This document shows positions 29,316 to 39,777 of a stretch of DNA of 64,000 nt, piece after piece; the stretch's first letter is position 1; the number at the start of each line of letters is the position of its first letter. Below the pieces are notes generated by a model. That model ran no database searches. It had not been told where the DNA came from and was given only the letters and a program-made list of their open reading frames with translations. This DNA is from an uncultured delta proteobacterium (GTDB lineage Bacteria; Myxococcota; Myxococcia; Myxococcales; Myxococcaceae), in contig CAVQKE010000004.1 in the NCBI GenBank assembly GCA_963713045.1, forward strand, positions 1,221,898-1,285,897, given 5' to 3'. Made by a program: the position numbers and the translations under genes.

Positions 29316-30829
29316 CAGTTACCTTTGTCTCCGGTTTTTTGGTCCTCCGTCCCTCCTCGTCCTGATTCCAGAACTGGAATTCCTGTAAGCACTCCCCGGA
29401 ACTGAAGGAGCGGTTCACCAATCCACAATCCAGTTTCAGTCACCTTCAGCTCGCGAATTGTGCGCTCGTGCCCGCCGCTGCGCTTCTTCGCTACTGAAAT
29501 TGCCTGGCGGATCGAGCCTTCCGTCTCAAAGTGGCGCAGAATTATTACTGTGTCGGCTAGATAGGTAAGGTCCGCCGGCGAGCGCAACTCATTCAGAAAG
29601 CCACCCTGGGCGAGGATCATAATAGTGACAACTCCGAGCTGGCCGAGATAGGTAAGTGTCTCGTGCAGCTGCAGGTCGAGTGTCTTGCCCTCCTGCATCG
29701 CCTTGCTATAACCGTTCAGGCTGTCGATGATCACCATGCGAGCGTTCTCCTGTTCTACAGAATTCAGGACCAACTGGGCAAACTGCCCAGGTGAGAGCTC
29801 TGCAGGATCGACCTGCTGGGCGCGCAGGACGCCCTCGCGAATAAATGGTCGCAGATCGATGCCGAAGGAGGTCGCCTTGGCGAGATACAATTCTAGATTT
29901 TCATCGAAAGTGAACAGTGCCACTCGCTCTCCTCGGGTGGCAGTAAAGTGAGCGTAAGTAACAGCAAGGCTCGATTTTCCGGTCCCAGATGGACCCATCA
30001 GCAAATTGCTTGTGCCTCTGTCCAAACCGCCTCCCAAAAGAGTATCTATCCCTTCGATACCGCTCGATACGGGTTCGCGTGCGAAATCGCGGTGATGTTC
30101 TCCCGGTACAATTCTGGGGAATACCTTGACACCGCCAGTCTCAATTACGTAATCGTGCGGGCCACCCAAAAAGCTGCTGCCTCGAATTTTCCGGATGCTC
30201 AATTGACGGCGATCAGCACCGTAGGGCAGCTCATCGCGACGCAAAGCGATCACCCCATGGCAGACGCTCTCTAGCTGCCGATCATCTTTAGAATCGGCAG
30301 ACGTGAGATCATCCAGTAAGAGCGTTGTACAGGCTCGCGCAGCCAAGAATTGTTTAATGCTTAGAATTTGGCGTCGATACCGAAGGGCGCTCTGCGAAAG
30401 AAGGCGCACCTCGGACATCGAATCAAAAACCGCCCGCCCTGGTTTGATACGCTCGACTTCGGCAAAAATGATTTTCGTGACATCGTGAAGCTCAATGTCT
30501 GCGGGATCAAAAAGTGTATTTTCTGCCTCTGCCGTAACTTGCTGGGCAAAGTTCGAAAGCTCCAAAACGCCAATGCCATCAAGCGACCAGCCGTGTGAGC
30601 GCGCAACCGCAAAAAGTTCTTCGCGTGTTTCTGAGAATGTGACGTACAGACAGGACTCACCCCTGCGGGAACCCGCCAGAAGGAATTGTAACGCCAGAGT
30701 CGTCTTGCCAACCCCTGGATCGCCCTGAAGTAGGTAGAGTGCGTGAAGGGGAAAGCCTCCACCCAAAATGTGATCGAGACCGCTAGTCCCGGTGTCACAA
30801 CGTGCCAACGCTGCGGCTTCGGCGTTCAT
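29315..30829 (-). CDS. KaiC-like double-domain RecA-superfamily ATPase
   Basis: Two P-loops GDPGVGKT and GPSGTGKS; KIRGS and KKRSG motifs; no kaiA or kaiB nearby. Confidence 0.9.
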   Translation of the reverse strand: MNAEAAALARCDTGTSGLDHILGGGFPLHALYLLQGDPGVGKTTLALQFLLAGSRRGESCLYVTFSETREELFAVARSHGWSLDGIGVLELSNFAQQVTAEAENTLFDPADIELHDVTKIIFAEVERIKPGRAVFDSMSEVRLLSQSALRYRRQILSIKQFLAARACTTLLLDDLTSADSKDDRQLESVCHGVIALRRDELPYGADRRQLSIRKIRGSSFLGGPHDYVIETGGVKVFPRIVPGEHHRDFAREPVSSGIEGIDTLLGGGLDRGTSNLLMGPSGTGKSSLAVTYAHFTATRGERVALFTFDENLELYLAKATSFGIDLRPFIREGVLRAQQVDPAELSPGQFAQLVLNSVEQENARMVIIDSLNGYSKAMQEGKTLDLQLHETLTYLGQLGVVTIMILAQGGFLNELRSPADLTYLADTVIILRHFETEGSIRQAISVAKKRSGGHERTIRELKVTETGLWIGEPLLQFRGVLTGIPVLESGRGGTEDQKTGDKGN

Positions 30830-30905
30830 TGCAAATGTAATCTGCGGCGGAACTGACAGTCGACAATTCTGACTAAACGAGGGGATCTTGTCGAGCGCCG
30901 TGAAA

Positions 30906-31047
30906 GGGCTGGCTACTATTTACGGTATGCGGATGGGCACCCATCACCCCAGGTAAAGCCATCCCTCCAAGGTGACGCCAGATCCACTCTGAACCCACGT
31001 AGGTCCTTCGGGACAAGAGTGCCGTCCGCGGCTTAAACGGCCATAGA
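30906..31047 (-). ncRNA. Copy 2 (longest) of the structured element; candidate orphan IS110 left-end/bridge-RNA region
   Basis: Closing stem GCGGACGGCAC / GTGCCCATCCGC and internal hairpin GTCC-CGAA-GGAC; homologous to 142-232 and 41200-41287. Confidence 0.5.
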
Positions 31048-31528
31048 GCGATTTTTGTAATCGCTTTATCTGTAGCGACTTGCGAACATGCACTTTAGAA
31101 ATCACGCAGATTTACCGCACTTTTCTCATGGATCCCGGAACCCGAGGTTTCTTAAGCCCGGGTTGAACAAACCCACGCAGCGCCATCCGGGTCAGCCGAC
31201 TTAAGGGTCGGTGGTGGTGCAGCGCGCTTGCGCCGGGCGTACGCCGAGGAGAACAGGCCACACTTTTCGCGGCTGGACCCAGTGAGGGTCGAGCTATTAG
31301 AGGGCTTGCAGGGCTCATCCTGGGTTTTTCATGCTCCTCACTGAACCTGCCGCAAATGACCAAAGTGATCCCAGAGGCGGAACTCGTGAAGCTTTGTTCG
31401 GTCCAACAGCATTTCAATTCAGGTCGATGAGACGTTGGCCTCACGGATGCAGTGCAGAATTAGCAGACCAGCAATGAATCTGCGCCTCACAATCCCCCTA
31501 ACCGTGATATAATGTCCGGCAGATTTGT

Positions 31529-32713
31529 ATGCACCGCTGTTTTTTGGTGTTTCTGTCGGTGTTACCGCTCTTGGTGACGGGATGCAAGAAGGGGGAAAGT
31601 AATTTAACTCAGTCTACCCCTAGCCCGACAGCATCGACGAGCCCAACTCCGGTAGCTCAGGCAACACCAACGCCGCCGCCCGATATCAATCGCACCGCCA
31701 AGTTCATCGTGCTTCTTTACCATCGTTTCGAAGATCGGCCGGCCGAGTTGGTGACTACACCGAACGATTTTCGCGCTCAAATGAAGGCGCTGAAAGATAA
31801 TGGAATTTCTGTCGTCTCGATGCGGGATCTTCTGGCTTGGCGCAAAAGGGAAAAAGCGATTCCATCAAAGAGTGCAGTCATTACGATCGACGACGAATGG
31901 AACTCTCAATATTACGTCGCCTGGCCGATCCTGAAAGAATTCGGTTATCCGTTCACTCTGTTTATTTACACGCAATGGGTTAATACGGGCGGTAAGGCGA
32001 TAACCTGGGCGCAGCTGGAAGAGATGCGGGATGCTGGAGTTGACATTGAGGCTCACACGGTTTCCCACCACGATCTGAGGCACGCACCGAGGGGGCAGGA
32101 CTATACCGCCTGGTTGCACAATGAAGTTTATGGCTGCAAGGAGACCTTGGAAAGTAAGCTGGGGGTTAAGATCATCGCTTTCGCATTTCCCTATGGCTTC
32201 CACAATGAGGTCGTCCGCAAGACCGCCAAGGAAGCCGGTTACGAGATGCAGTTCACAGTTTACGGACGGCACATGGATATCAACGTACCAGCCGATCAGA
32301 TTGGCCGGTACGCCATCGATTCTTTAAAGGGTGATGTATTCAAAGCGGCACTGGACTTTGGGACGACCGATGGCACTCAGCCCGGCGTGGAAACCAGCCA
32401 GCTCGCTTCAGCCGCGATGTTGACGGAGCCATTGAACGATCAACACATCACCGAGCCTAAACCGACGATTAAGGCGAATTTGGCTAGCATGGGAGACGTT
32501 GACCCAAGATCGGTGGAAATGCGGATCAGTGGCTTCGGTCTTGTGCCGGCAGTCTACGACCCCAAGACCAAATTAGTGACGTACGCATTTACTCAGAAAT
32601 TGGTCCCGAAGATGTACACCGTAATTCTGACGGCGAAGGTGAACGGCAAGAAAGTGGAGACCCGGTGGGATTTCACAGTTGATCCACCAAGACCGGTCGC
32701 GACCGATCAATAG
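31529..32713 (+). CDS. Polysaccharide deacetylase (NodB/CE4) lipoprotein
   Basis: Lipobox LVTGC; LLYH, ITIDD, HTVSH and FAFPYG motifs; Ig-like C-terminus. Confidence 0.9.
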   Translation: MHRCFLVFLSVLPLLVTGCKKGESNLTQSTPSPTASTSPTPVAQATPTPPPDINRTAKFIVLLYHRFEDRPAELVTTPNDFRAQMKALKDNGISVVSMRDLLAWRKREKAIPSKSAVITIDDEWNSQYYVAWPILKEFGYPFTLFIYTQWVNTGGKAITWAQLEEMRDAGVDIEAHTVSHHDLRHAPRGQDYTAWLHNEVYGCKETLESKLGVKIIAFAFPYGFHNEVVRKTAKEAGYEMQFTVYGRHMDINVPADQIGRYAIDSLKGDVFKAALDFGTTDGTQPGVETSQLASAAMLTEPLNDQHITEPKPTIKANLASMGDVDPRSVEMRISGFGLVPAVYDPKTKLVTYAFTQKLVPKMYTVILTAKVNGKKVETRWDFTVDPPRPVATDQ

Positions 32714-32753
32714 CGACGACAGGACCGATTTTATAACCGTGTTTGCTCAATCA

Positions 32754-32791
32754 GGGGTCACTTGCCAGTTCGTCAAAAATTGCATGCTAAG
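32754..32791 (+). repeat. Orphan Tn3-type 38-bp terminal repeat
   Basis: GGGGTCACTTGCCAGTTCGTCAAAAATTGCATGCTAAG: 38 nt, GGGG...CTAAG. Confidence 0.7.
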
Positions 32792-33011
32792 GAGCGTTTT
32801 TACGGCTGACCTCGGTTGATTGCCTTTTGATCGGAACGCAGTGGGGTTATGTCTGGTACAGTTAGCCTAGCCTAAATGCGAAAGGCGCGATAGAGTCGCA
32901 ATCCAAAACAGACTCAAGCCCGGAGAAGAACTGAGTTAAGTACCAAGGCAATGTGTCACTTTGCGAATTATTTGGCCTCACTACACCGAATGGAAAAAAA
33001 CTAGCAAGTTC

Positions 33012-33629
33012 ATGAAAAGAAACCTAACAGTGGCGGCGGCCCTCTTAATTGCCGCTTTATGCCAAGCAAGAGATGTAAGATCTCCCAATGGCAGCTACGC
33101 GATTCGGGTCGAGAACAGCATATCCTTGGTAGATCTTGAGAGTGGAAGCACGCTGCTGATTCTGGATCAGGACGCTTCCGGCGAATCGCGGGTCGAGGTG
33201 GCATGGGCGCCGAATTCTATGAAAGTGGCGATTGTGGAAGATGAAGCTCGTGGATCTGTCGTCCTAGGTGCGTGGACAGATGAGCGAAGTATTCCGGCTG
33301 ATATGGCGTCTGATCCAGAGTTCTTGAAAGGTCCATCCGATTTCGTGGGTCGACCGGCTACCTGGCATAAGACGATCCAGGACGACAACGAGAAGGCAAT
33401 CTTCTCGGAGGCCCAACGCCGGTTTGGAGGCTTGGTGGTTGCCGAATCCAGAGTGTTCGCCGGCTGGATCAGCAATGACGCCATCAGGGTGAAGGGCGAA
33501 ATCAGGCTCTCAAACGGGAAGCGCTGCGCCTATCAGTACGTGGCGCAATTTAATCCGAATGTCGTCGGGCATCTCTCGAAGGCAGGATTCACGGGAGTGC
33601 TGGTCGGTAGGAATCATCAATTCTTATGA
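33012..33629 (+). CDS. Hypothetical secreted protein
   Basis: Signal peptide MKRNLTVAAALLIAALCQA. Confidence 0.6.
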   Translation: MKRNLTVAAALLIAALCQARDVRSPNGSYAIRVENSISLVDLESGSTLLILDQDASGESRVEVAWAPNSMKVAIVEDEARGSVVLGAWTDERSIPADMASDPEFLKGPSDFVGRPATWHKTIQDDNEKAIFSEAQRRFGGLVVAESRVFAGWISNDAIRVKGEIRLSNGKRCAYQYVAQFNPNVVGHLSKAGFTGVLVGRNHQFL

Positions 33630-33642
33630 GGAGCCTGAACAT

Positions 33643-33680
33643 GGGGTGACTCCTCCGTTTGTAAAAAATTGTACGCTAAG
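33643..33680 (+). repeat. Orphan Tn3-type 38-bp terminal repeat
   Basis: GGGGTGACTCCTCCGTTTGTAAAAAATTGTACGCTAAG. Confidence 0.7.
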
Positions 33681-33802
33681 CCGCCAGCCCGAAGTATTAT
33701 AGCGCCTGCGCCTCTTTAGCGCGGCCTGCGGCGGCGCCGCCTTGATCAAATCGAGGGACTTGTCCACCTACAGTCCCGTGAAATCGACGATTCTTAGACG
33801 AC

Positions 33803-34261
33803 GTGAAAATCCTCAGCTCTTTACTGTTTACCCTTCTGCTCGGCTCAAACATCTCGGTTCTTGCGCAGGAAACCGACCAGGCTAAACCAGAGGCGAGCGT
33901 GCTCGATGCAATCGCGGAGCGTGAAAGTCAATACTTAGATGGTCTCTTGCATCGGAATTTCGAGGAATTGGCATCCGTACTCGCTGATACCTATGTAAAT
34001 ACGAGCCCATTTGGGCCGGTGCGGAATAAGGTCGAGTTTTTGGCGGCTCTAAAAGCCGACACCTCTCGGATATCGGAGATCACGGAGACGGAAAAGCAAA
34101 CCCAGGTTCATGGCGATACTGCGATCGTTATAGTCAAGTTCGAGGTGCACGGCACCGACGAAGGGGAAGCCTTTCAATTCGACGGGCGAGCCGTCGACAT
34201 CTGGGCCAAACTCAATGGTGAATGGTTGTGCGTTGCTGTCACTGTGAGCCAGACAAGGTGA
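33803..34261 (+). CDS. Secreted DUF4440/NTF2-like protein
   Basis: Signal peptide; LADTYVNTSPFG..HGDTAIV..DIWAKLNGEW pattern. Confidence 0.75.
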   Translation: MKILSSLLFTLLLGSNISVLAQETDQAKPEASVLDAIAERESQYLDGLLHRNFEELASVLADTYVNTSPFGPVRNKVEFLAALKADTSRISEITETEKQTQVHGDTAIVIVKFEVHGTDEGEAFQFDGRAVDIWAKLNGEWLCVAVTVSQTR

Positions 34262-34662
34262 TGCAAAGCTACTAGATTGAGCAGTGAAGACACGATAGTG
34301 TTACCGATGCACTGCTTGACAAATCTGAGGCGGAAAATGACGAAAACGCTTTGACGCTCGCCCGCCAATTTTGAACGGATAGCTTCAAGTCTGGAGCGCG
34401 GCGTACTTTCGCCAAGGTCGCGTTTGGTTGGGCCCACATCAACAGCCCGGCTGGTGGTCAAGGTATGAACAGCGGCATCCAGATCAAACCACCAGCGACA
34501 TGAAATGAAAAAACCAACAAGCCATCGCGGTGCCATCGATGTCACCGATGATACCGACGGGCGAGAGCCTGTTCATAGGTTCTGAATTCCTATTTTAGCC
34601 GGCGCGGTGGCTTTGCCGGAGGTGTCTCCGGTAGGGGAATGACTTTGCCAGTATAGAGTAAT

Positions 34663-35004
34663 TTATTTTAACGCATTCAGTCGGGAAATGAGATCCGCTT
34701 TGGTCGTCAAACCAACAACCTGATCTTTAAGCTCGCCTCCTTTGAAGAACAAAAGCGTCGGAATATTTCGGATTTCACAACGATTCGAAAGTTCGGGATT
34801 ATTGTCAACGTCCACCTTGACGATGCGAACAGCGTCCGCCTGCTCTTCTGCAATCTCATCGAGCACGGGAGCAATCATCCGGCATGGACCGCACCAGGTC
34901 GCCCAGAAATCCACGAGAATCGGGACATTTGAATCGCTAACCGTCTGATCAAAAGTTGCTTCGTCTAGATGAATAACAGATAAAGTCGAAATTGAGTTTT
35001 TCAT
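34663..35004 (-). CDS. trxA: Thioredoxin
   Basis: VDFWATWCGPC and IPTLLFFKGG. Confidence 0.95.
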   Translation of the reverse strand: MKNSISTLSVIHLDEATFDQTVSDSNVPILVDFWATWCGPCRMIAPVLDEIAEEQADAVRIVKVDVDNNPELSNRCEIRNIPTLLFFKGGELKDQVVGLTTKADLISRLNALK

Positions 35005-35035
35005 AGTAGATAAGCGTTAATTGATCGATGGTTGT

Positions 35036-35170
35036 TAACTTTCGCAGATACCCTTTATTTGAGCATCAAAACGATTGAGACCCACCGTGCTCACATTAAA
35101 GAAGAACCAGGATTTCACGATTCCGAAGACCTGGCGCTTTGCGATCGATTGGGTCGCGCAGCAGGAGTGA
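35036..35170 (+). pseudogene. LuxR/NarL HTH C-terminal fragment
   Basis: ADTLYLSIKTIETHRAHIKE. Confidence 0.6.
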
Positions 35171-35251
35171 TTTTCTCCCATAATACAATCAGATCTTGTG
35201 GTGAATTGGCAGAAGAAATTTATGCAGTTCGTGCTCGAAATGCGCCTTTTC

Positions 35252-35812
35252 CTATCGGAAATCAACATAATCCCCGTCCTCGTATTCGCGCTGTTCGCGT
35301 TCGCCGCTCCGGTCAATGACTGTCATTCGTAAGCGACTCCCTTGAGTGCGTTCCGGATCTAGTCCGAATGCCTCTGGCGAAACTCGAAAACTTTCTCCGC
35401 GCTTCGCATAGTCGCGAAGCGCATCGGTGACGTCTATATAACTTCCGGATCCTCCGTACATCCCTCGAACGATTCGCGGGCTCCGAGTCTCGCCCCGATC
35501 AAAAGAATCAGCTGTCTTGAACCGAAAGGTCTCACCCTCCTGAGCGCTTTCTCGAAATTGCCGACGCCCCATTGAATACACTACCGTCAACTGTTTACCT
35601 GGAATTGGCACCGAAGGCAGTCCCAGGTTTCGACTTGATACCTCAAACGATTCTCCGTTAGAAGCGAGACCTTGGACTCGCTCGGTGACATCGATGCGGT
35701 AATTGCCGATACCGTAGTACGCGGACAGTACTTCAACCCGCTGCGCAAACGCAGCAATGGTGCTGATACAAGCTAGTACGGTCCACACGACAACAAGACA
35801 AATCGTCTTCAT
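35252..35812 (-). CDS. Secreted protein with two repeated small domains (DUF3395/lectin-like)
   Basis: Signal peptide; repeats AYYG...IDVTERVQ and GMYG...IDVTDALR. Confidence 0.6.
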   Translation of the reverse strand: MKTICLVVVWTVLACISTIAAFAQRVEVLSAYYGIGNYRIDVTERVQGLASNGESFEVSSRNLGLPSVPIPGKQLTVVYSMGRRQFRESAQEGETFRFKTADSFDRGETRSPRIVRGMYGGSGSYIDVTDALRDYAKRGESFRVSPEAFGLDPERTQGSRLRMTVIDRSGEREQREYEDGDYVDFR

Positions 35813-36387
35813 AAAGAACTCCTTACTTAGTTCGCGTCTCGCGAACTCAGAGCTTGTACTCTTGAAAAATCGCCTCTCCGCGGAGATGCTTGAATCATCA
35901 CGCGCCTCCGCGGCTCAGCCTAATAATGAGGATTCAGATAGCAACTAAGTTTGACGTGCGAATGAAATCCCAAATTCAAATTACCGGTCCGAACGCAACT
36001 TTGCGTCTAGATAGTGGCGAATGGCGTCAGGAGAAATGCAGTGCCGGCGCAGCGACGGGCAGTTCATCTGAGCGATCTGCACATGCAGTTGAAGCCGTTT
36101 GTCGAACAGCGGTGCAAGTCATCGGCCTCACGAAGCGATTGGGCGGCAACGGCTGATCTAGTTTAAGAGCGGCACACTTCAGGCAAGCACGTATGTGCTG
36201 AGCAGTTTCCCCCCAGAGGAGTCACCCGAGCGTTGCTTTCTGCCTTTGCCCAGCAACTGCACGGCACGGTCTTATCACGCCGACGAGTGAGGATCGGCAC
36301 CGGATTGTTCGTTGATCTTCGCGAATTGGCCTTCAACAACGATACACGTCTCGAATTCCAAGACAACCTCCAGCGTCAAATCCACTA

Positions 36388-36696
36388 ATGAGCGATTACG
36401 CCTTCTTCGAGTATCAAGCAAAACTCACGAATGCAGGGCACGCCGAGGACGTGGGAGAACCTGTGCACTGCATGATCAGGATGAAGAACGTCGATCGGGA
36501 TGGAAAGCGCCTACACGACATGGAGTTACATCAACAAGCCGGGGATAACGTCCTTTTTGTGATCAACCCGGGGCCGTACCGCAAGATTAGCCACTCAAGT
36601 ATTTGGAACGTTACCGAGGAGGAGATGCACACACCAGGAAAAGCATCGGATTACCGCCGAGTTGGGGATTGCGAGATCTATTTCTACAACGCCTAA
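36388..36696 (+). CDS. Hypothetical protein
   Basis: 102-aa ATG ORF with protein-like composition. Confidence 0.5.
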   Translation: MSDYAFFEYQAKLTNAGHAEDVGEPVHCMIRMKNVDRDGKRLHDMELHQQAGDNVLFVINPGPYRKISHSSIWNVTEEEMHTPGKASDYRRVGDCEIYFYNA

Positions 36697-36885
36697 CGAT
36701 GCTTCTCAAGACCACCTGCCCGCGAGCTCGATTTGGCACCTTGTGCTGAATCATGAAGGTCTATGCAACTTGTCTTCGTACAGCTCCACTGGGTCAGACA
36801 TGGTGACTGCTCGTTCTGTTAGTCGTTTTTCGGTTCTATCGAGCGTCTTGTGCTCGCAAGGTGATGCGCGGATTGCTCGTCAGAC

Positions 36886-37881
36886 TCACTTGTCGCCCCG
36901 ATCGGTCAACGGTGGTAACTCGATTTCCTTCCGATCGACGCGCACGGCATGCTTTGCCGGACGAATGCCGCGTCCGCGCTCCTGGGCGTAGACTCGAGTA
37001 AACTCTGCGCCGAAGAGCACGATTTACGTCGCATAATAAATCCATATTAGCATCGTGATTAGCGATCCGGCGGCTCCGTAAGCGGAGCCCGGTGCGCCGC
37101 TGCCCAAATAAAGGCCGAGCGCGTATTTGCCGACCAAAAAAAACACGGTCGTTAGTGCCGCGCCTAGCCGCACATCGCGCCAGGACAGCCTCGCGTCAGG
37201 GAGAAACTTGAAGATCATCGCGAAGAGTAGCGTAACAATGCTGATATCTAACACCAAATGGATCGTCCACGCCAGTGCGCTGCCGCCAGGTAGAAGGTGC
37301 TCGAGGTATCCACCTACAGCGGTGATAACGGCCGAGGCCGTCAGCGAAACTAGAAGCAAGAAGCAGACGCCGGCGACCATGGCGAAGGATAAAAACCGCG
37401 CGCGCAGGAAGCTGACGAGATTCCTGCCGGGCTTGGGTTTGACGCCCCAGATGATGTTGAGCGCATCCTGCAACTGGCCGAATACTCCGCTGGCGCCGAA
37501 GAGCGCGACCGCGATACCGACCACGGTAGCGACAGCACTGGCCGTAGGCTTGCCGGCACTCGCAGCGATGTCCTCCACCGCCTTGGCGCTGCTGTGATCG
37601 AGGAAAGAATATAGCTGGTGAAGGATCTCTCGGCGGGCGACTTCGCTGTTGCCGTAGATGAGCCCAAAAACAGCTAAGAGCACGAGCACCATGGGCGCGA
37701 GGGAAAACACCGTGTAATAGGCCAAAGCCGCTCCGAGCTGGGGCGCTTTATCCTCCAGCCAATGCCTGAACGTAGTCTTAAGCAGGCGGACGGAATACGA
37801 CAATAACCTCTTATCGCGCGGGCCCCGAAATGATCGAGTGTTCCCTCCTTGATTCCTTGCGACTATAGGATTCGAGCGCAT
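36886..37881 (-). pseudogene. YihY/BrkB-family membrane protein with in-frame stop
   Basis: LGAALAYYTVFSLAP and YGAAGSL..LIWIYY; TAA at 37024-37026, then the frame continues IVLFGAEFTRVYA. Confidence 0.85.
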
Positions 37882-37918
37882 GCGATCCGAATATCTGGCC
37901 AAGAAGCGAACCATCTTG

Positions 37919-38365
37919 CTATCCCAACGACATTGCCAAACATAAACTGGCGGCGAGAAAGAAGAGTTCACTAAATACGAGCAGCCCGGTCGACCAACGC
38001 TTACTCCTTATCGCCTGCTGTCGGTGTCCTTCCATGACTTTTTCCCGCTCGGCCATGTCGGGGTAAGACTTAAGCTCCCAGAAACTTGACCATTCTTGAG
38101 TTGTTCGCCTGACGTAGAGACCGGCGAAAATGGCAGTAAAGACCCCGAGACAATAAAGAATAATCGTCAGAAGAGCCGCCGACTTACCCGGGCTAGAAGC
38201 GTTATGGGCACCGTAGAAGGCCAGGACGGCGATCGCCGCACCGCCGTTAATTATTACGAGGCTTTGAACAAGCATTCTGTTGGTAGCAACGGTTTGCCTT
38301 GCATCCTCATGGCTGCGTTCGCGCGCTAGTATTCGATAAGGGTCTTGCGGGACTTGGTTATCCAT
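37919..38365 (-). CDS. Hypothetical membrane protein
   Basis: Three hydrophobic segments; INGGAAIAVLAF. Confidence 0.65.
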   Translation of the reverse strand: MDNQVPQDPYRILARERSHEDARQTVATNRMLVQSLVIINGGAAIAVLAFYGAHNASSPGKSAALLTIILYCLGVFTAIFAGLYVRRTTQEWSSFWELKSYPDMAEREKVMEGHRQQAIRSKRWSTGLLVFSELFFLAASLCLAMSLG

Positions 38366-38668
38366 AGATTAAAATCCGCTTAAGCGAGTCTCTTAATGGT
38401 TTTTGCAGGCTCTTCGGCCTGATCTTCTGGTCTTTCCCTTTGCACAGCAACGGGCGGAAATCTCCAGTCGCTTCAGAATGGCCGCGTGGCTCGACCGTGG
38501 ATCGTGCCAGGTCCGCTTTCGTTTGCGGCGAGTTTCCAGATTGTTCCCGCCGTAATTCGCGCCCATGCGATGCTACAATATCAAATCCTTTTCCAAATAA
38601 CTCGCCTGCGCCTATCACTCCGCGCGGTGCACGACTAGCGCCCATGGTATTGAAATCCCAGCGGCCGT

Positions 38669-39355
38669 TCAGTCCCTGCCCTGGGAATTAAAAAAGACTG
38701 TGGCATACTGGGAACGGCTAGGCTGAACGACTGGAATCGCTCTCCTAACTCGCGCTGAATTTCTGGCACTTCCAGACACCTGCCTGGGATCAGAAAAGGC
38801 TGTGGCATACCTGGTATTGCCAGGCTGAATGATCGGAATCGCTCTCCTGACACGCGTTACATTTCTGGCGCTCCCGATCACTTTCACCGGTGTGCCGATC
38901 TTCACGCGGGCAAAAAATTCAGCAGCAAGGTCTCTGGGCATCCGAACACAACCGTGCGATGCCGGGTAGCCAGGAAGATAACCCGCATGCATCCCGACGC
39001 ATTTGCTGAATTCCATGAAGTACGGCATCGGAGCAGGCATGTAGTGACAACCTGGGGGGACGTATGAGCCCGGAATCGCGTTTGGATTGACTATTCTGCC
39101 GTAAGAGTCGCTGACCAGACCGAAGTTTCCGGACTGGTGGTTCAAGTCTTTGCTGATGACCTTAAAGCTCCCGATCGGGGTTCCCCAACCCTCTTTACCC
39201 GAAGCAATCGGCGAAGCGAAAGCGACTCGGCCATCCTCAAGCAAGTAAGCCGTCTGCTCGGTAAGACTAATAATCACCGCTGTCTGCTGAGCGCTTAGTT
39301 TCATACATAGCGCAATTGTAGACAGCGCAATCGCTAATTTGGTTGCGACTCTCAT
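38669..39355 (-). CDS. L,D-transpeptidase (YkuD) family protein
   Basis: TPIGSF and GMHAGYLPGYPASHGCVRMP; C-terminal ~34-aa tandem duplication. Confidence 0.9.
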   Translation of the reverse strand: MRVATKLAIALSTIALCMKLSAQQTAVIISLTEQTAYLLEDGRVAFASPIASGKEGWGTPIGSFKVISKDLNHQSGNFGLVSDSYGRIVNPNAIPGSYVPPGCHYMPAPMPYFMEFSKCVGMHAGYLPGYPASHGCVRMPRDLAAEFFARVKIGTPVKVIGSARNVTRVRRAIPIIQPGNTRYATAFSDPRQVSGSARNSARVRRAIPVVQPSRSQYATVFFNSQGRD

Positions 39356-39777
39356 AGCTGCTTCGCTTCATTGCTAAACAACACCGCGGTGGATGCCGTT
39401 GAAAATAGATCGGGTTGGACACCTGAGAATTGGACGCACGAATGCGACGCGAAATTCAATATGGGAGCTATCGTTTTCAATTAAAACGTAGACTGGGTGT
39501 CGCGACGCCTTTTCGGTTGGTTCTGGTAATCGAAGGTCCAGATGCCAGTCCGGCTGATGTAAGTAACAGAGCTATTAAATGTTTGCTAGAGTTTGATGTA
39601 TCGATTTGTTGCTCCCAGAGGTAGAGTCCAGCGTTTGGAACAACATATAATTCCCACTCATGGAACTGTGATGTCGATGCGTTCAAAATGGGACGGATAC
39701 GGAGCGACAGTGAGGAGTGAGAATATTCATTGATGATTTAGGCGGCGTTTTTCGTCTTTTTCTAAAGCAGGCACTGT

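Noticed and set aside
30895..31047. 6S RNA interpretation of the structured element
   Set aside because: Three divergent, partly deleted copies in 64 kb with an SD-like tail fit mobile-element ends better. Not formally excluded without Infernal.
32843..32885. Additional Tn3-like ends (GGGGTTATG.. here, and GGGGTTTCG.. at 49821)
   Set aside because: They lack the conserved inner TAAG end; similarity is too weak.
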